Positions 35,289-49,084 of a stretch of 64,000 bases of DNA are shown here, in pieces. Every line of letters starts with the position of its first letter. Position 1 is the first letter of the stretch. The stretch is from the NCBI GenBank assembly GCA_002269645.1, contig NIVC01001401.1:232717-296716 (forward strand), given 5' to 3'. A program made the translations under genes and the position numbers. The stretch is from Macrostomum lignano (Eukaryota). The notes under the pieces are model-generated. The model was not told the origin of the DNA. It did no database searches and saw nothing but the letters and a program-made list of their open reading frames with translations.

Positions 35289-38200
35289 TCATCCAGCCAT
35301 CTGACTCCAATCGATATTGCTTTCACCGCCGCCAACGTAGCCGCCGTGAGCAGCAAACAGCCGGTTAACCCAGCGCTCCGCCTGGACTTTGGCCGACTCT
35401 ACTAATAAAGAGCTGTCACGATTGTCTGGGCCGGCGAACTGGGCCATCAGCTGGTGAGTCAGCCGACGGGCCACGAGCTTGAAGCTGGGCCGGTCAATAC
35501 AGCCGCGCTTGTAATAGCCGTCTAGGATGTTTATTGACACGTCTCCGAGTTGCTTCTTAATTGCTTCCTCATGACGATGCTGCTTCTGTTTCTGCTGCTG
35601 TTGCTGACTGTTTGAGCCCCAATAATGATGAAGCGTATTGCGTTTATCCGCAGGAGGCTGCAGAAGTTTAGCTTTGCCAGATGAGCGCTTACGGCTCTGA
35701 GCTGAGACCGACTGCTGCTGCTGCTGTTTGACGGATTGGTTGGTGGCGTCTCTAGGCGCAACAGCTGCGGAATTAAATTTATCAACAGGCATCTGCAACT
35801 GGCTACTCATAGTAAAAGATGATGTGAGAGCGCCACTATAAGACGAGACAGATTTCTGCTCAACAAAATATTTGGTTGAAGAAGATTCCCCCTGAGCGAC
35901 AGGCGCGCTGGTCCTAGCAAACGAGGAGGCGGACGAGTCGCCGCTGCTCCGCCGCAGAGGCTCCAAAGTGACCAGCTTCACCTTGGCCCCGCTGCTGGTC
36001 CCGCCGGCCGATCCGGCGCCACTGCGGCCAGTCTGGCCAACCTGTTGAGGCATGTCAACAAAGCAGGCGAATCCCGGCCTGCCAGCCGCCTGTCTGGACT
36101 GAGGAACAACCATCGCGTCGCTGTTGCCGTCGTCTGCATCATCAGATTCGGACCAGTTGTCCAACAGGTTGAATGAAAACGGTTGTGCAGTGCTATTAGT
36201 AGCAGGTTCAGATTTGATTTTCTGATGCTGCTCCTGCTGCTGCTGCTGTTGCGGCTTCTCCCAGAAGTACTGAACTTTTGGCGGAGGCGACGGCGGCCCC
36301 GCAGACGGATAGGGCTCCACGTTAGGCAAAATGCTGTCATCCGACTCCGCATTGAAGAGGTTAAACTTGAGCGAATCTGGCTCATCAGCATTCGCCGATG
36401 CCGGCTCAGCCGCGGTTAATTCCGCTTCAGCCGCAGCCTCCGCCTCCTGCGAGTCATCGTAGGACAGCAGAAAGTCCGCCAGTTCGTCGCCCGACTTGCA
36501 CTTTCTAACCCGGGACACGGCCTTCATCATTGCGCCGCGATAGGTTGACGCCACCTTGGAGGCGCGGAAGGCCGAATATTCCATGCGGATCAGGGCCGCC
36601 TCGGCCCGGTCTGGCGGCAGGAGATTCGGGGCCAGCGAGGCCAGCTTTGGCAGCAGAGAGGAGCGCAGTAGATTGTACGACTGCTCCCGACACTTGCCAG
36701 TGATGCCGGCAATGCCGCGGTTTCCAGCGTCTCTGATTGGACAGTCGGCCGAGGCGGCGGCCCATGACGAGTTGTCAGCGCCGTATCGGCTACCACCGCC
36801 GCCGCCGCCACTGCCTGATAGAGCGAAACATTTGGAACATGATTGAATCAGACATTGAAACATGATTGAATAAGACATGTTACCATGATTGAATAAGACA
36901 TGTTACCATGATTGAATAAGACATGTTAACATATTGAATAAGACGTTTTGACATGATTGAATCAGACATTAAAACAAAATTGAACCAGTTATCCAAAGCC
37001 AATAAAAAAACTTATATGGGCAAATAAATGATCACCAAACTCAGACGATAAGAAATTTCCAATTTCATGCTAAGCAGGTGGTCAAAGAGAATTTATAACA
37101 AAAATGATCACCTGCACCAACCCGGCGCCGCTGAAACTCAGCCTGGATAGCGTCGTTGCGGTCTTTTTTCTCTTGGGCCGCGAGCCGCTCCGCCAGCGCG
37201 TAGTCCGCCTGCGAATCGTCGTCGTATTCTTCGAAACCGCGGCCGCGCTGCCGCTGCCGATAGAGATCCGGGTCCAAGTCTTCATCCGCCTGCGGCCCCC
37301 GGCCCCGTCGCCGTTCAATATTAGCCGAATGGCACCAGCGTTGGAATTCGCGCAGCTGGGCGGCCGCCTCTTTGGCTTGAGCGCAGGCGTCGCAATTGGT
37401 CCGGCAGGGCTGCGTGTTGCTCTCACCGAAATAGGCGGCCACTGTAGCGTTGCGGCATCTTTAAAGGTGAGACAATGTACTTTTATGCGGAGCCGGGATG
37501 ACCGAGAAAAGTAAATGACGCCCCTCTTCTGCAGCAGCTTTGGCGCCCCACTTGCGGCAGCTTTGGCGCCCCCTTTCAGCAGCTTTGGCGCCCCCTTGCA
37601 GCAGCTTCGGCGCCCCCTTGCAGCAGCTTCGGCGCCCCCTTGCAGCAGCTTTGGCGCCCCTTTGCAGCAGCTTTGGCACCCCCTTGCAGCAGCTTTGGCG
37701 CCCCCTTGCAACAGCTTTGGCGCCCCCTTGCAACAGCTTTGGCGCCCCCTTGCAGCAGCTTTGGCGCCCCCTTGCAACAGCTTTGGCGCCCCCTTGTAAC
37801 AGCTTCGGCGCCCCCTTGCAACAGCTTTGGCGCCCCGCCTCCTTGCAGCAGCTTTGGCGCCCCGCCTCCTTGCAGCAGCTTTGGCGCCCCCCTTTACAGC
37901 AGCTAGTCATTATTACTATAGCAATTGTAAGAAGCCATAAAAAATACTAATCATTTAGGTCACATTAGCGGCCAGCACTAGCAAAGTTAAGCAGTATTGA
38001 CCGCAGTTAGTACTCAGCTAAATAGGCTTGAGTTGAAATAACAAACAGGCTCTCACTTGCAAGTCTCAGCGTAGGAGATCATCTCATTGAGATCCTGCAT
38101 AGCGATGGCCCGACGATTAACAGTCGGACGATCGGGCGTATCTGTGGCGGCAGAAGCGGACGCGGACTCGTCATCACCGCCAGCATCCTTTTGCTGCTGT

Positions 38201-39321
38201 TGAGTCAGATAGGCAACAGTGTCCCTCTCCTGTTTAGTATAGTAGATCCGACACTTTGACGGCAGTCCGTCTCGGCCGGCCCGACCGCTCTCCTGATAAT
38301 AGGCTGCCAGAGATTTGGCCACAGTCCAATGGGCCACAAATCTGACATTTGGCTTGTCAACTCCCATACCGAAGCTGACAGTGGCCACAACCACAGGGAA
38401 TTTATTATCAGTCCAATCCAGCTGGTTGGCCTGCCGGTCGGACTTCTTCAAGCCGGCATGATACGGCCTGGCTGGCAGGCCGCGCGAGCACAGCCGGCTA
38501 GCGATGTCTTCGCACACGTCCCGCTGCCTACAATAGACGATGCCGGAGCCCCGGCCGGACCAATCGGCTGCGTCCGCCTCGCTGGAGCCGCGCGGCGGCA
38601 GGCAGGCCAGCGCGAACTGCAGCAGATTAGCGAACGGATCCGGCAGCAGGTCGGCGAACTGCACATCGTAGTAGAGATTCGATCGATAGCAGGCCGTCTG
38701 AAAGATGCGCGGCGAGTGCAGCTTCAATAGGCGGTTAATATCGTCGCGCACCCTAGCATTAGCCGTGGCGGTCAGGGCGATACAAGTGGCCGACGGACAC
38801 AGTCTGGCTCGAACCTGGCCGAGGCGTAGAAAATCCGGCCGAAAATCGTGACCCCATTCGGACACGCAGTGAGCCTCGTCAACAACAAAATAAGATAGCC
38901 TAGCCCGATCGGCCAGCTGTTTAGCCAGAGATTCGAATGTCTTAGTTCGAGTCTGCTCAGGCGTGACGTACAGCAATCGAATCTCTGGACAGGGCGAGGC
39001 CAAGTCGGCCAGCACAGCCCGGCGCTCCTTCTCGCCGGTGCGCGAGTTGATCGTAGCGGCGCCAATGCCCAGCCGTTTCAATTGTTCCAGCTGGTCACTA
39101 ATCAGAGCGATCAGGGGCGATACAACAATAGCAACGCCGCGATGATAGACAGCCGGCAGCTGGTAGCAAAGCGACTTTCCCGCCCCGGTTGGCATGCAAA
39201 CAAATAAGTCGCTTTGCCTGGCAACAGCGCATCGAACCGCAGCCTCTTGAGTGTCGGATTTGAATGCCGCATGCTTGAAATGCTTGGCTAAGCAGGCTAG
39301 CACCGAGTCGCGCTGCTGCAT
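35289..39321 (-). CDS. RECQL5: ATP-dependent DNA helicase Q5, about 1045 aa; exons 39321..38057, 37458..37112, 36814..35289
   Basis: [57 protein letters not shown]; Zn domain CRNA...CRTNCDAC; IRI/KIX-like REQSYNLL...[15 protein letters not shown]; C-terminal SRI-like YYKRG...[10 protein letters not shown]. Phases 2 and 1 are consistent. Confidence 0.93.
37525..37895. repeat. 22-bp minisatellite (GCAGCAGCTTTGGCGCCCCCTT)
   Basis: In RECQL5 intron 1. Confidence 0.93.
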
Positions 39322-40134
39322 TGGCCCAACTAATATATCTACTGCTAACTGCACTACTCACAGTAGGATAGAAAGCGCTGGCTGCTGGGGCCTGCATAAA
39401 TATTAATAATTAATATAGTCGATTAATAAGTAATAGACTAAAAGCATACACAAATAGACTAGGATAAACAGAATGAACAAGGAGAGAACTATTAATAACT
39501 ATATAAGTAGAAAAGTTATCCAACGAGACGTTCTGTGTATTTTAGTAATGAAGTTAATACCATACTATTACTATCAATATTATAAGTAAACAGAACAATT
39601 GCGACGTCAAGTTTTATTTATACAGCGAACACAGTTAACAGTTAACAAAGTATTTTTGGTTGGATAAAGTCATTCATTAATATACAATAGATATATTTTT
39701 ATATAATCTCTGATTACCATGAATATGACTTTGCGACGCCTAGTAGGAAAAATAAACTAAAATAAAAGCAAACTATGAAGGATAAATTGGGGCTTGTATA
39801 ACTATAACTAATAAAGATAGAATACAAAGAATGTACAGACGCTGTAGTGTGGCAAACAATTTAAAACGTCATGGTGCAACTTCAGTCTGAGTATAGCTTC
39901 TGAATATGGATATATATGCCATTATGCATGGCATATATGCACACCCGCTATGAAAAAATTACACGAAACTTTTATTGGCGACACTGTGCGCTGCCTTTCC
40001 GCTTTTCGGCGGCTTGAAACGAAACAAAAGTGGATCTTTTAGATAATTAGAAACAGACAATATCAATGAGGTAAATTAGTGTACTTTGCAAGAACTTTTC
40101 CCTCATTGCAACTGTAAAATCGGGATTGTTGTTT

Positions 40135-41105
40135 CTGTAAGCGCCGCTACCCCCTTCAGTAAGCGCCGCTACCCCCTTCAGTAAGCGCCGCTACCCCCTT
40201 CAAGAAGCGCCGCTATCCCCCTTCAGTAAGCGCCGCTATCCCCTTCAGTAAGCGCCGCTATCCCCCTTCAGTAAGCGCCGCTAATCCTCTTCAGTAAGCG
40301 CCGCTACTCCTCTTCAGTAAGCGCCGCTACTCCTCTTCAGTAAGCGCCGCTACCCCCTTCAGTAAGCGCCGCTACCCCCTTCAGTAAGCGCCGCTACCCC
40401 CTTCAGTAAGCGCCGCTACTCCTCTTCAAGAAGCACCGCTATCCCCCTTCAGTAAGCGCCGCTATCCCCCTTCAGTAAGCGCCGCTATCCCCCTTCAGTA
40501 AGCGCCGCTAATCCTCTTCAGTAAGCGCCGCTAACCCCTTCAAGAAGCGCCGCTACTCCTCTTCAGTAAGCGCCGCTACCCCCTTCAAGAAGCGCCGCTT
40601 CAGTAAGCGCCGCTACTCCTCTTCAGTAAGCGCCGCTACCCCCTTCAAGAAGCGCCGCTTCAGTAAGCGCCGCTAACCCCTTCAAGAAGCGCCGCTACTC
40701 CTCTTCAGTAAGCGCCGCTACTCCTCTTAAGTAAGCGCCGCTACCCCCTTTAGTAAGCGCCACTACTCTGTTCAAGAAGCGCCGCTTCAGTAAGCGCCGC
40801 TACTCCTCTTCAGTAAGCGCCGCTACCCCCTTTAGTAAGCGCCACTACCCTGTTCAAGAAGCGCCGCTTCAGTAAGCGCCGCTACTCCTCTTCAGTAAGC
40901 GCCGCTACCCCCTTCAGTAAGCGCCGCTACTCCTCTTCAGTAAGCGCCGCTACCCCCTTCAGTAAGCGCCGCTACCCCCTTCAGTAAGCGCCGCTACTCC
41001 TCTTCAGTAAGCGCCGCTACCCCCTTCAGTAAGCGCCGCTACCCCCTTCAAGAAGCGCCGCTTCAGTAAGCGTCGCTACTCCTCTTCAGTAAGCGCCACT
41101 ACTCC
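40135..41105. repeat. 22-bp minisatellite (AGTAAGCGCCGCTACCCCCTTC)
   Basis: Intergenic, about 42 units. Confidence 0.95.
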
Positions 41106-43364
41106 CCTCTGTAGAAACTTTCATCCCGAATTTGCGCCAACAAATAAAGAAAAGCGAAACGAATTGACAGCATATAAGTTAAGAGATTAAATGGCACCCT
41201 TAAAATCCGAAAAATTATTGGATCGAAAAAAAATCGCAAAAAAATTCACCACAGTGAGGATCGGATATTTTGTGGCTGTAGATAGGCATAGGAAAAATCC
41301 AAAATAAAAATTAATGATCGGAGAAGTCCAGCTACTAAGCGTGACTTAATTTAGTAGAACGTTTACACTTTAGGTTTCTGAGAACATTTAAAATAAATTG
41401 GAAAGATGAACAAACTATTTTACAACGCACTGCATAAATATATAGTTAGATATTTATTAACATCTTGTATTAGAAAAACTGTTAAACAGAAGCAAAGATG
41501 TGGAAGCAAATGAGTAAAGTAAATTTTAGAAAATTGAAACAATAACTTACCAATATTAAAGCATCTATGAAAATGTGGCTAGTGATTGTTTGACATGTAT
41601 TCTAATTAAACAATAGAAAGTAATCACGCCGAAACAGCTGCTATGTCTGTACAATAAATTTGCTTAATCTAGTACTATTAGTAGCATTAGTAGTAAAAAA
41701 GTAAAATTAAAACACTTATTTGGCTGCGCACTAGTAAAAGAATTAATCTGTTATAAGTAGTATATTTAACTTGATTAGTTATTATATAAGGCAAGACAAT
41801 TGTGTTCTATTTAAGTAAAGCAGTGATCCTCAGTTTAATCTACACAGATACTTTACCATTTGAACTTTGAATTTGTCAAGTGAGTTCAAATTTTTCAAGA
41901 GTTCAAATGCAATACGAGTATAGCGCTTATCGGGAAGAGAACGAATGTCTCTGGCTTGAATGAATGACTGAACTCAAGTGTGTGAAGTGTGAATTCAAGT
42001 CTCATTGTCGGCATTCATCTAGTCTAGAGCACAAATACTAGAATAAATAGATGGGCCACTCAGCACATTTGCGTGTAAACTACTTTCAGTTCAGTAGTAA
42101 GTTAAACAGAAGCATTTTATTGCATTTTTAAAGCCAAGGCCCATTCATTGGCTCTTACCCCTCAGCCTAAACCCTCCAACCGCGCCTTTTAACAGCCCCC
42201 ACTCGCCCCAATTTTATTTTCTCGGAATTCCAGCCTAAAGCTGCCATGTACATTTCAGTGGACTGGCTAAAGTACATTACTGCTGAACCAATTAGCAAGC
42301 TGTTTACGCCTGCAAGCTTTTGGGCTTCTGAACTTATCAAAGTCATTTCAGCTGCCTTTATTTCTATAAAATAGCTTATATATTCTTCTTTGCTACTGAA
42401 CTGAAAGTAGAAAGCTGTTTTAAAACTTAGTAAATTTACTAAGTAAATATATGTGCCAGAGTGGCCCATCTAGCTATTTTAGTATCCGTGGTCTAGAGCG
42501 ATCCGCAGACTTAATTCTCGAGTAGGGCAATACTCGTACCTGACAACAATCAAAGCATGATTTTACCGACGAAATTTGCTCACTTTCTGACTTAAATTTA
42601 CCATAGCCAACTTATTGAAAGTTGAAATTGTATGTAATAATCTCACTAATGCCCGACACATACTACTGGCGTCAAATATACAGAGCAAACTCGATCCAGA
42701 TTTTTATTCACAACGGCCTGACAGAATGCTCCCGACAGATGGCCGACAACTCCTTAGTGAACTCCTCTAGCACTACGGCCGCGTACACCATGTTCCGAGT
42801 CTTCAGGCCGTCCAGCCGATCCCGACTGCCTGTCGCCGTTGACGAACCCGACGACAGTTTTCGATTCTCCTTGCCGGAGCCGCCGCTATTGTTGCTTTTC
42901 GATGAGGAGAACAGACTTTCGAAGAATGATTTCTTTTTTACTGCTTCTGGCTGCTGCTGCTGTTGCTGCTGATGCGGATGGAAGCTGGACCAATCGGCGA
43001 GGCTACCGGATGCTGCAGACGACGCCGAGGTGGCCGCGCGGCGCCGATCGCCTGGCAGGGCAATTAAACTGTCTGATCGATTATTATTATTATTACTATT
43101 ATTATTATTATTACTGCCGACAGGCATGGCGGCGAAGTGCTGCAGTTCGAATTCCTCCGGACTGCTTCGATTGACGCGCCAGTAGAGAAACCGGCGCGCG
43201 TCCAACAGGAGCGAGTCGAAATTGTCCATTGTGTAGGAGAAACAGTCCACCCGGTGCTTCACCACGTTTAGCGCCTGGTAGAGACTCTTTACCTGAGGCC
43301 GGATGAGGCGGAGAGGCAGCTGCTATTGATATTAGTTGGAGCTTATAACTTTGCTTACCAACTC

Positions 43365-43640
43365 TGGCATGCCTAGCTAATTGCAGATCCAGGGTTTCAA
43401 CTCTGACATGCCTAGCTAATTGCAGATCCAGGGTTTCAACTCTGACATGCCTAGCTAATTGCAGATCCAGGGTCCAAACTCTGACATGCCTAGCTAATTG
43501 CAGATCAGGGTGACATGCCTAGCTAATTGCAGATCCAAGGTATGCCTAGCTAATTGCAGATCCAGAACTCTGGCATGCCTAGCTAATTGCAGATCCAGCT
43601 AATTTGCAGATCCAGGGTCCGAAATCTGACATGCCTAGCT
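43365..43640. repeat. About 39-bp degenerate tandem repeat (CTGACATGCCTAGCTAATTGCAGATCCAGGG...)
   Basis: About 7 copies in the last FHIP intron. Confidence 0.88.
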
Positions 43641-45974
43641 AGAATCAATCACCTGAGGCTGCAGCACTAGACCAGCATTGAGCAGCAGAGATTTGAGTAG
43701 CGGCTGCGGATAGCAAGCCAAATCCGACAGCAAATTAGTTAGCAGCAGATTAACGTAGAGCGAATTAGCTGGCATAGTTTCAACTTTATCCAACAGGGCC
43801 GTCAAGAACGGTCCAATCGTATAGAAATTGTTCGCAGGCGGCCTGGCGGACGGATGCGGCCGCGGCGGCACGGGCAGAAACTCCAAGCCCGGCTGTTGCG
43901 GCATCGGCAGCAGCATGGAGGAATTCGTCGCCGCCGCCGCTGCCGCAGACGCAGCCAACGGATGATTCGACGTCGATAAAGCTCCGCCGCCGATGCTAGC
44001 CGACGGTGTTGCCGTAGTCGACGAGCTGGTCTCGTCGAAGCGTCCGGAGTCGGACAGGCCAGCGGCCGACATGTTGGACGTCTGTCGGAGCGGCGGCCGA
44101 GGCGACCCGCCTTCGGCAGCCAGTAGCAGGCCGGCCTCGGACAGCGCAGCTTCAAGGCTCTGCACGCTGGCATCGATGCCGGAGTCGGCGCAGTCATTGC
44201 CGCCTACTAGAGACGGTGGCAGAGAGTCTAGCAGAGTTAGGAAGCCGTTGAGATCCTCCAGCTGATCCAGCGATTGACTAATTAATGCGCGCAGGTCGGC
44301 CGCTGCCCGGCTGTCCTCAGCACCGTTGGCGGCATCTTAAACAGTGCATTACGGATAGGTAGGCAAGATTGGAGCACGCGAAGGCGTATTCACTGCCAGT
44401 GAAGTATGAGACAGACCAGGCCTACGAGCTAAGGTCTGCGATGCTTCACGCCTGCCCTATCTTCAGCAGTCAAGGCTGGTGGGAGTCTGCCACCCTCTAT
44501 TTGCCTCTGGCAGCCGCAGACCCCACGCTGTCTCGCAAGTCGACCAGGGTACTCGTCCCCGCGTGTGTTCAAGGCAGTCCCTAGGGCTGCTGGACAGTGC
44601 TCCGGCGCTGGCGACCCTATCAGTGGCTTCGGCCGAATTTTGGGTATGCGGGTCTGGCTCGCCAACCTGCAGGCCGTGGTACTGCGTCAACGTACTCTCT
44701 AATGCTAAGGTGTTGACCGTGCGATGGGCTGGAAGGCCGGGAGTAGTCCGGTCGCAAGCGTCCCCCTCCTGGTGTTCGGGCCAGCTTGAGGGTTCTATTG
44801 GCCTACTGCCCTAGTCCAGGATGTCACCTGTGTACACACACGTTCGATAGCACATAAACTATAATAAATTCTGTACTCTTTCTTATTTTGCTACTTTTTT
44901 TCGGTAGGCAAAAGTACTTTAATTGACCAACAAAACATTTAGCAGAAAGAAGTTTACCGTTACCATCCATATTATCAGCAGGGCTGTTATTGTCCTCCGC
45001 TGCGTCAGTTTCAGCTGGACCATCTTCTTCAACAACTGCTGCCGGCTTTGTAGCTGAAACTGCAGCAGCAGTCGAAGCCGACGCAGAGGCTGCAGCTCCT
45101 GCACTGCTGTCTAAACCGGAATCGGGGTCCAAGAAGCTCAACGTGTACATTGACTGTACATGCGCGGCTGAGTCTTTGTAAGGTCGCGAAGCAGCGGCAA
45201 CAGCAGCGACGCCGCTGCTGATGATGGCCCAGCCAATGACTGCTGCAGCTTCTGTGCTGCGACTGCTGCTTCTGCTGTAAGCTGCTATTTACAAGCGAAG
45301 AGGCAGACGAGCGTCGGTCAGTTGCGGGCCCGTCGCCGCTAGAGGAGGCGTCGAATAGTCTACTAGCTGACGAGTTCAACTCGTCGTAGTAATCGGCGTC
45401 TAGGCTGGTCACGTCGGCCTCGTCGGCGATTTCAGTTGCGACGACAGCGGCAGCGGCTGTGGGACCCTGCAGCCGACGGAAAGCGCTCTGAATCTCAGTT
45501 AGAGGCACCGAGGACAGACCCGCTGCGGCGACAGCGGCTGCCGCCTCCGCTAACGCCGCATCGCCGGCGGCGCCTTCGAACACGTCGATTGGCGGATCGA
45601 CGCCGTCGTAGCGGAAGGCCCACCGACGGGAAGCGACGGTCCGTTCGACGATGCGCTCGCCGCGTCGCGCAGATACTCGGCGTGCGGCGATTCGTAGGCG
45701 CGCAGCCGGTCGGCGGCGGGACTGATGGCCTCCTCGCCGGTGTCCTGCACGCAACAGGAGGGCACCAGGGAAGCGAACTTGTCGGCGGCCCTGGCGTAGG
45801 GCTCGTTGTCGCGTAGGCAGCGGCGCTGGCTGAGCATGAGGTGCTGGCAGGGGATGAGGTAGCGATACAGTAGCTGGTAATGCAGCGTCCTCAATGTGCA
45901 GATTAAGCAGAGTCCTGAATAGCGACATGGTGACCACGCCAAGTAGACTGTTGGAGAATTTGATGCGACCAATA

Positions 45975-47630
45975 AGCGACTCCAATATATTATAATCGTC
46001 ATAGTAGTCTAGCAATACGAATCGCACTAGGACTTTAAGCAGGGCCGGCTCAGTGACTCGGCGCAGGAACAGCTCCAGATAGGCCGTCGCAGCGGTCACC
46101 TCGTCCATGGAGCTCTGGTGCAGGGCGGCGCCTAGCACAGGTTTAAGGAAGCCCGAATAGATAAAGTGCAACAGCTGATCCCGCACGAGAGGATGCGCCA
46201 ATTCAACAACAACATTACAAAAGTCTAAGGAATTAAGAACTGAGCCAGGTCCGGGATCCGCTGCCAGTCGGCCGGGTCAGCTGGCACACAATCGTCCGAG
46301 TCGACGGCAGACGGCGGGGCAGAGACGAGTACAAGCCGCTGAGGCCGGTGGCCAGCACCGGACAAAAATCCGAGGAGAATGCAATGAACGCGGCCAACCT
46401 CTGATTGCGAGCCGACAGTGCCATGACTAGCAGCAGCGCATCCCTGCGTGCGGCGATGCGGCGCGCACGTCGGCACTAGCAGGCTGAACACTAGGAACTG
46501 CGAGCCGGCCTCCGCTCGGCCAACTTCTAGACAGGCGTCTAAAAGATTTGGCGAACGATTCAGCACCACGCAGAGCTGGTGCAATATGAGTACAACGCTG
46601 CTCTCACTGCGCGCGACGAGCCGGCGCTGCAAGGATTGTACGAGGCGCAGCAGAGGGCGCAGAATCTGCGGTTTTCGGAGTGCGGAGTGCAGGCGATCAT
46701 TGTAAGCTGATTGTTTAAAATACGAATTACACTATTGAAATCATTCAGCTGGGTATCCATGCACGCATGCACATTGTATGGATAAATTTTATTTCTTTGC
46801 GACTCCAATATATTATAATCGTCATAGTAGTCTAGCAATACGAATCGCACTAGGACTTTAAGCAGGGCCGGCTCAGTGACTCGGCGCAGGAACAGCTCCA
46901 GATAGGCCGTCGCAGCGGTCACCTCGTCCATGGAGCTCTGGTGCAGGGCGGCGCCAGCACAGGTTTAAGGAAGCCCGAATAGATAAAGTGCAACAGCTGA
47001 TCCCTTACGAGAGGATGCGCCAATTCAACAACAACATTACAAAAGTCTAAGGAATTAAGGAACTGAGCCAGGTCCGGGATCCGCTGCCAGTCGGCCGGGT
47101 CAGCTGGCACCAATCGTCCGAGTCAACGGGCAGACGGCGGGCAGAGACGAGTACAAGCCGCTGAGGCCGGTGGCCAGCACCGGACAGAAATCCGAGGAGA
47201 ATGCAATGAACCGGCCAACCTCTTGATTGCGAGCCGACAGTGCCATGACTAGCAGCAGCGCATCCCTGGCGTGCTGGCCGATGCTGGCCTCGCGGTGCAC
47301 GTACGGCACTAGCAGGCTGAACACTAGGAACTGCGAGCCGGCCTCAGCTCGGCCAACTTCTAGACAGGTGTCTAAAAGATTTGGCGAACGATTCAGCACC
47401 ACGCAGAGCTGGTGCAATATGAGTACAACGCGGCTCTCCACTGCGCGCGACGAGCCGGCGCTGCAGCAGGATTTACGAGGCGCAGCAGAGGGCGCAGAAT
47501 CTGCGGTTTCGAGTGCGGAGTGCAAGGCGATCATTGTAAGCTGATTGTTTGAAAATACGAATTACAACTATTGAAATCATTCAGCTGGGTATCCCATGCA
47601 CGCATGCACATTGTATTGATAAATTTTATT
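45975..47630 (-). repeat. About 830-bp tandem segmental duplication of the FHIP intron end and exon
   Basis: 46802..47630 and 45975..46800 carry the same intron tail, acceptor (AATCAG|CTTACAATGATC) and exon up to YNILES. Confidence 0.9.
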
Positions 47631-47769
47631 TCTTTATAAGCAAACTCATTTCGTTACTTTGGGGCTCCTTGTAGTGCAGTTTACTTGTAGTTGCAGTTGC
47701 ACTTGAAATTGTAGTCTACTAATAGACTACAATTAGCTACTAATATTTATAATTGTGTCACTAGTGGTG

Positions 47770-48660
47770 TCACTTATTGTGTAGTTTAGTGTCACTTATT
47801 GCGTAGTTTGATGTGTCACTTATTGTGTAGTTTAATGTGTCACTTATTGCGTAGTTTGATGTGTCACTTATTGCGTAGTTTGATGTGTCACTTATTGCGT
47901 AGTTTGATGTGTCACTTATTGCGTAGTTTGATGTGTCACTTATTGCGTAGTTTGATGTGTCACTTATTGCGTAGTTTGATGTGTCACTTATTGCGTAGTT
48001 TGATGTGTCACTTATTGCGTAGTTTGATGTGTCACTTATTCTGTAGTTGAATATGTCACTTATTGCGTAGTTTAATGTGTCACTTATTCTGTAGTTTAAT
48101 GTATCACTAATTGCGTAGTTTGATGTGTCACTTATTCTGTAGTTTAATGTGTCACTAATTGCGTAGTTTGATGTGTCACTTATTCTGTAGTTTAATGTGT
48201 CACTTATTGCGTAGTTTGATGTGTCACTTATTCTGTAGTTTAATGTGTCACTTATTCTGTAGTTGAATATGTCACTTATTGCGTAGTTTAATGTGTCACT
48301 TATTCTGTAGGTTAATGTGTCGCTTATTCTGTAGGTTAATGTGTCACTTATTCTGTAGTTTAATGTGTCACTTATTCTGTAGTTTAATGTGTCACTTAAT
48401 TGCGTAGTTTGATGTGTCACTTATTCTGCAGTTTAAATGTGTCACTATTGGGTAGTTTATGTGTCACTTATCTGTAGAATGTGTCACTTATAGTTTAATG
48501 TCACTTATTGCGTAGTTTAATGTGTCACGTAGTTAATGTGTCACTTATTCGTAGTTTATGTGTCACTTATCGTTTTTAGTTTATGTGTCACTTATTTGTA
48601 GTAATACTTATTGCGTAGTTTATATCGTAGGTTTTTGCGTAGGTTAATTTTCACCTATTC
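47770..48660. repeat. 24-bp minisatellite (GTCACTTATTGCGTAGTTTGATGT) decaying towards 48660
   Basis: Homogeneous units at about 47800..48050; deletion-rich units after about 48430. Confidence 0.93.
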
Positions 48661-49084
48661 TGTCGCTTAATGGAATACTTTTGTGCCACTACTGCTATAA
48701 CATATTGTTTAATTCCAGAACCTTGATTACGAATTTTGAAATTAGTTAAAATTATCAAATGTTGCTTTAGTCAAATTAACAGTTCAATTTGAATCTTAAT
48801 AATTACAATAAGTTCAGATTGACATCATAGTGGAGGTACTGACGTGTTGTAGAACTTACACAGGTTGATAACTATAATCGATCTCAGATGTCCAGCTAGG
48901 AAAAATTGCACTCAAGCGTGTAGGTCTTACAAAAAGTAACAACGAGGCATTTAAATAGACCAATGGCTAATTAAAGAGCTATATAGTCGAAGAAAGGGTA
49001 CGAGAACAGTTACAGGCCGAGAAATTTAATAGTACTGTCTTACACCGTTTGCTATCAGTTCAGTTTTTTAAACTATTTTTATAA

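Noticed and set aside
42167-42469. 100-aa minus-strand ORF downstream of FHIP1
   Set aside because: AT-rich, no domain match, no splice context.
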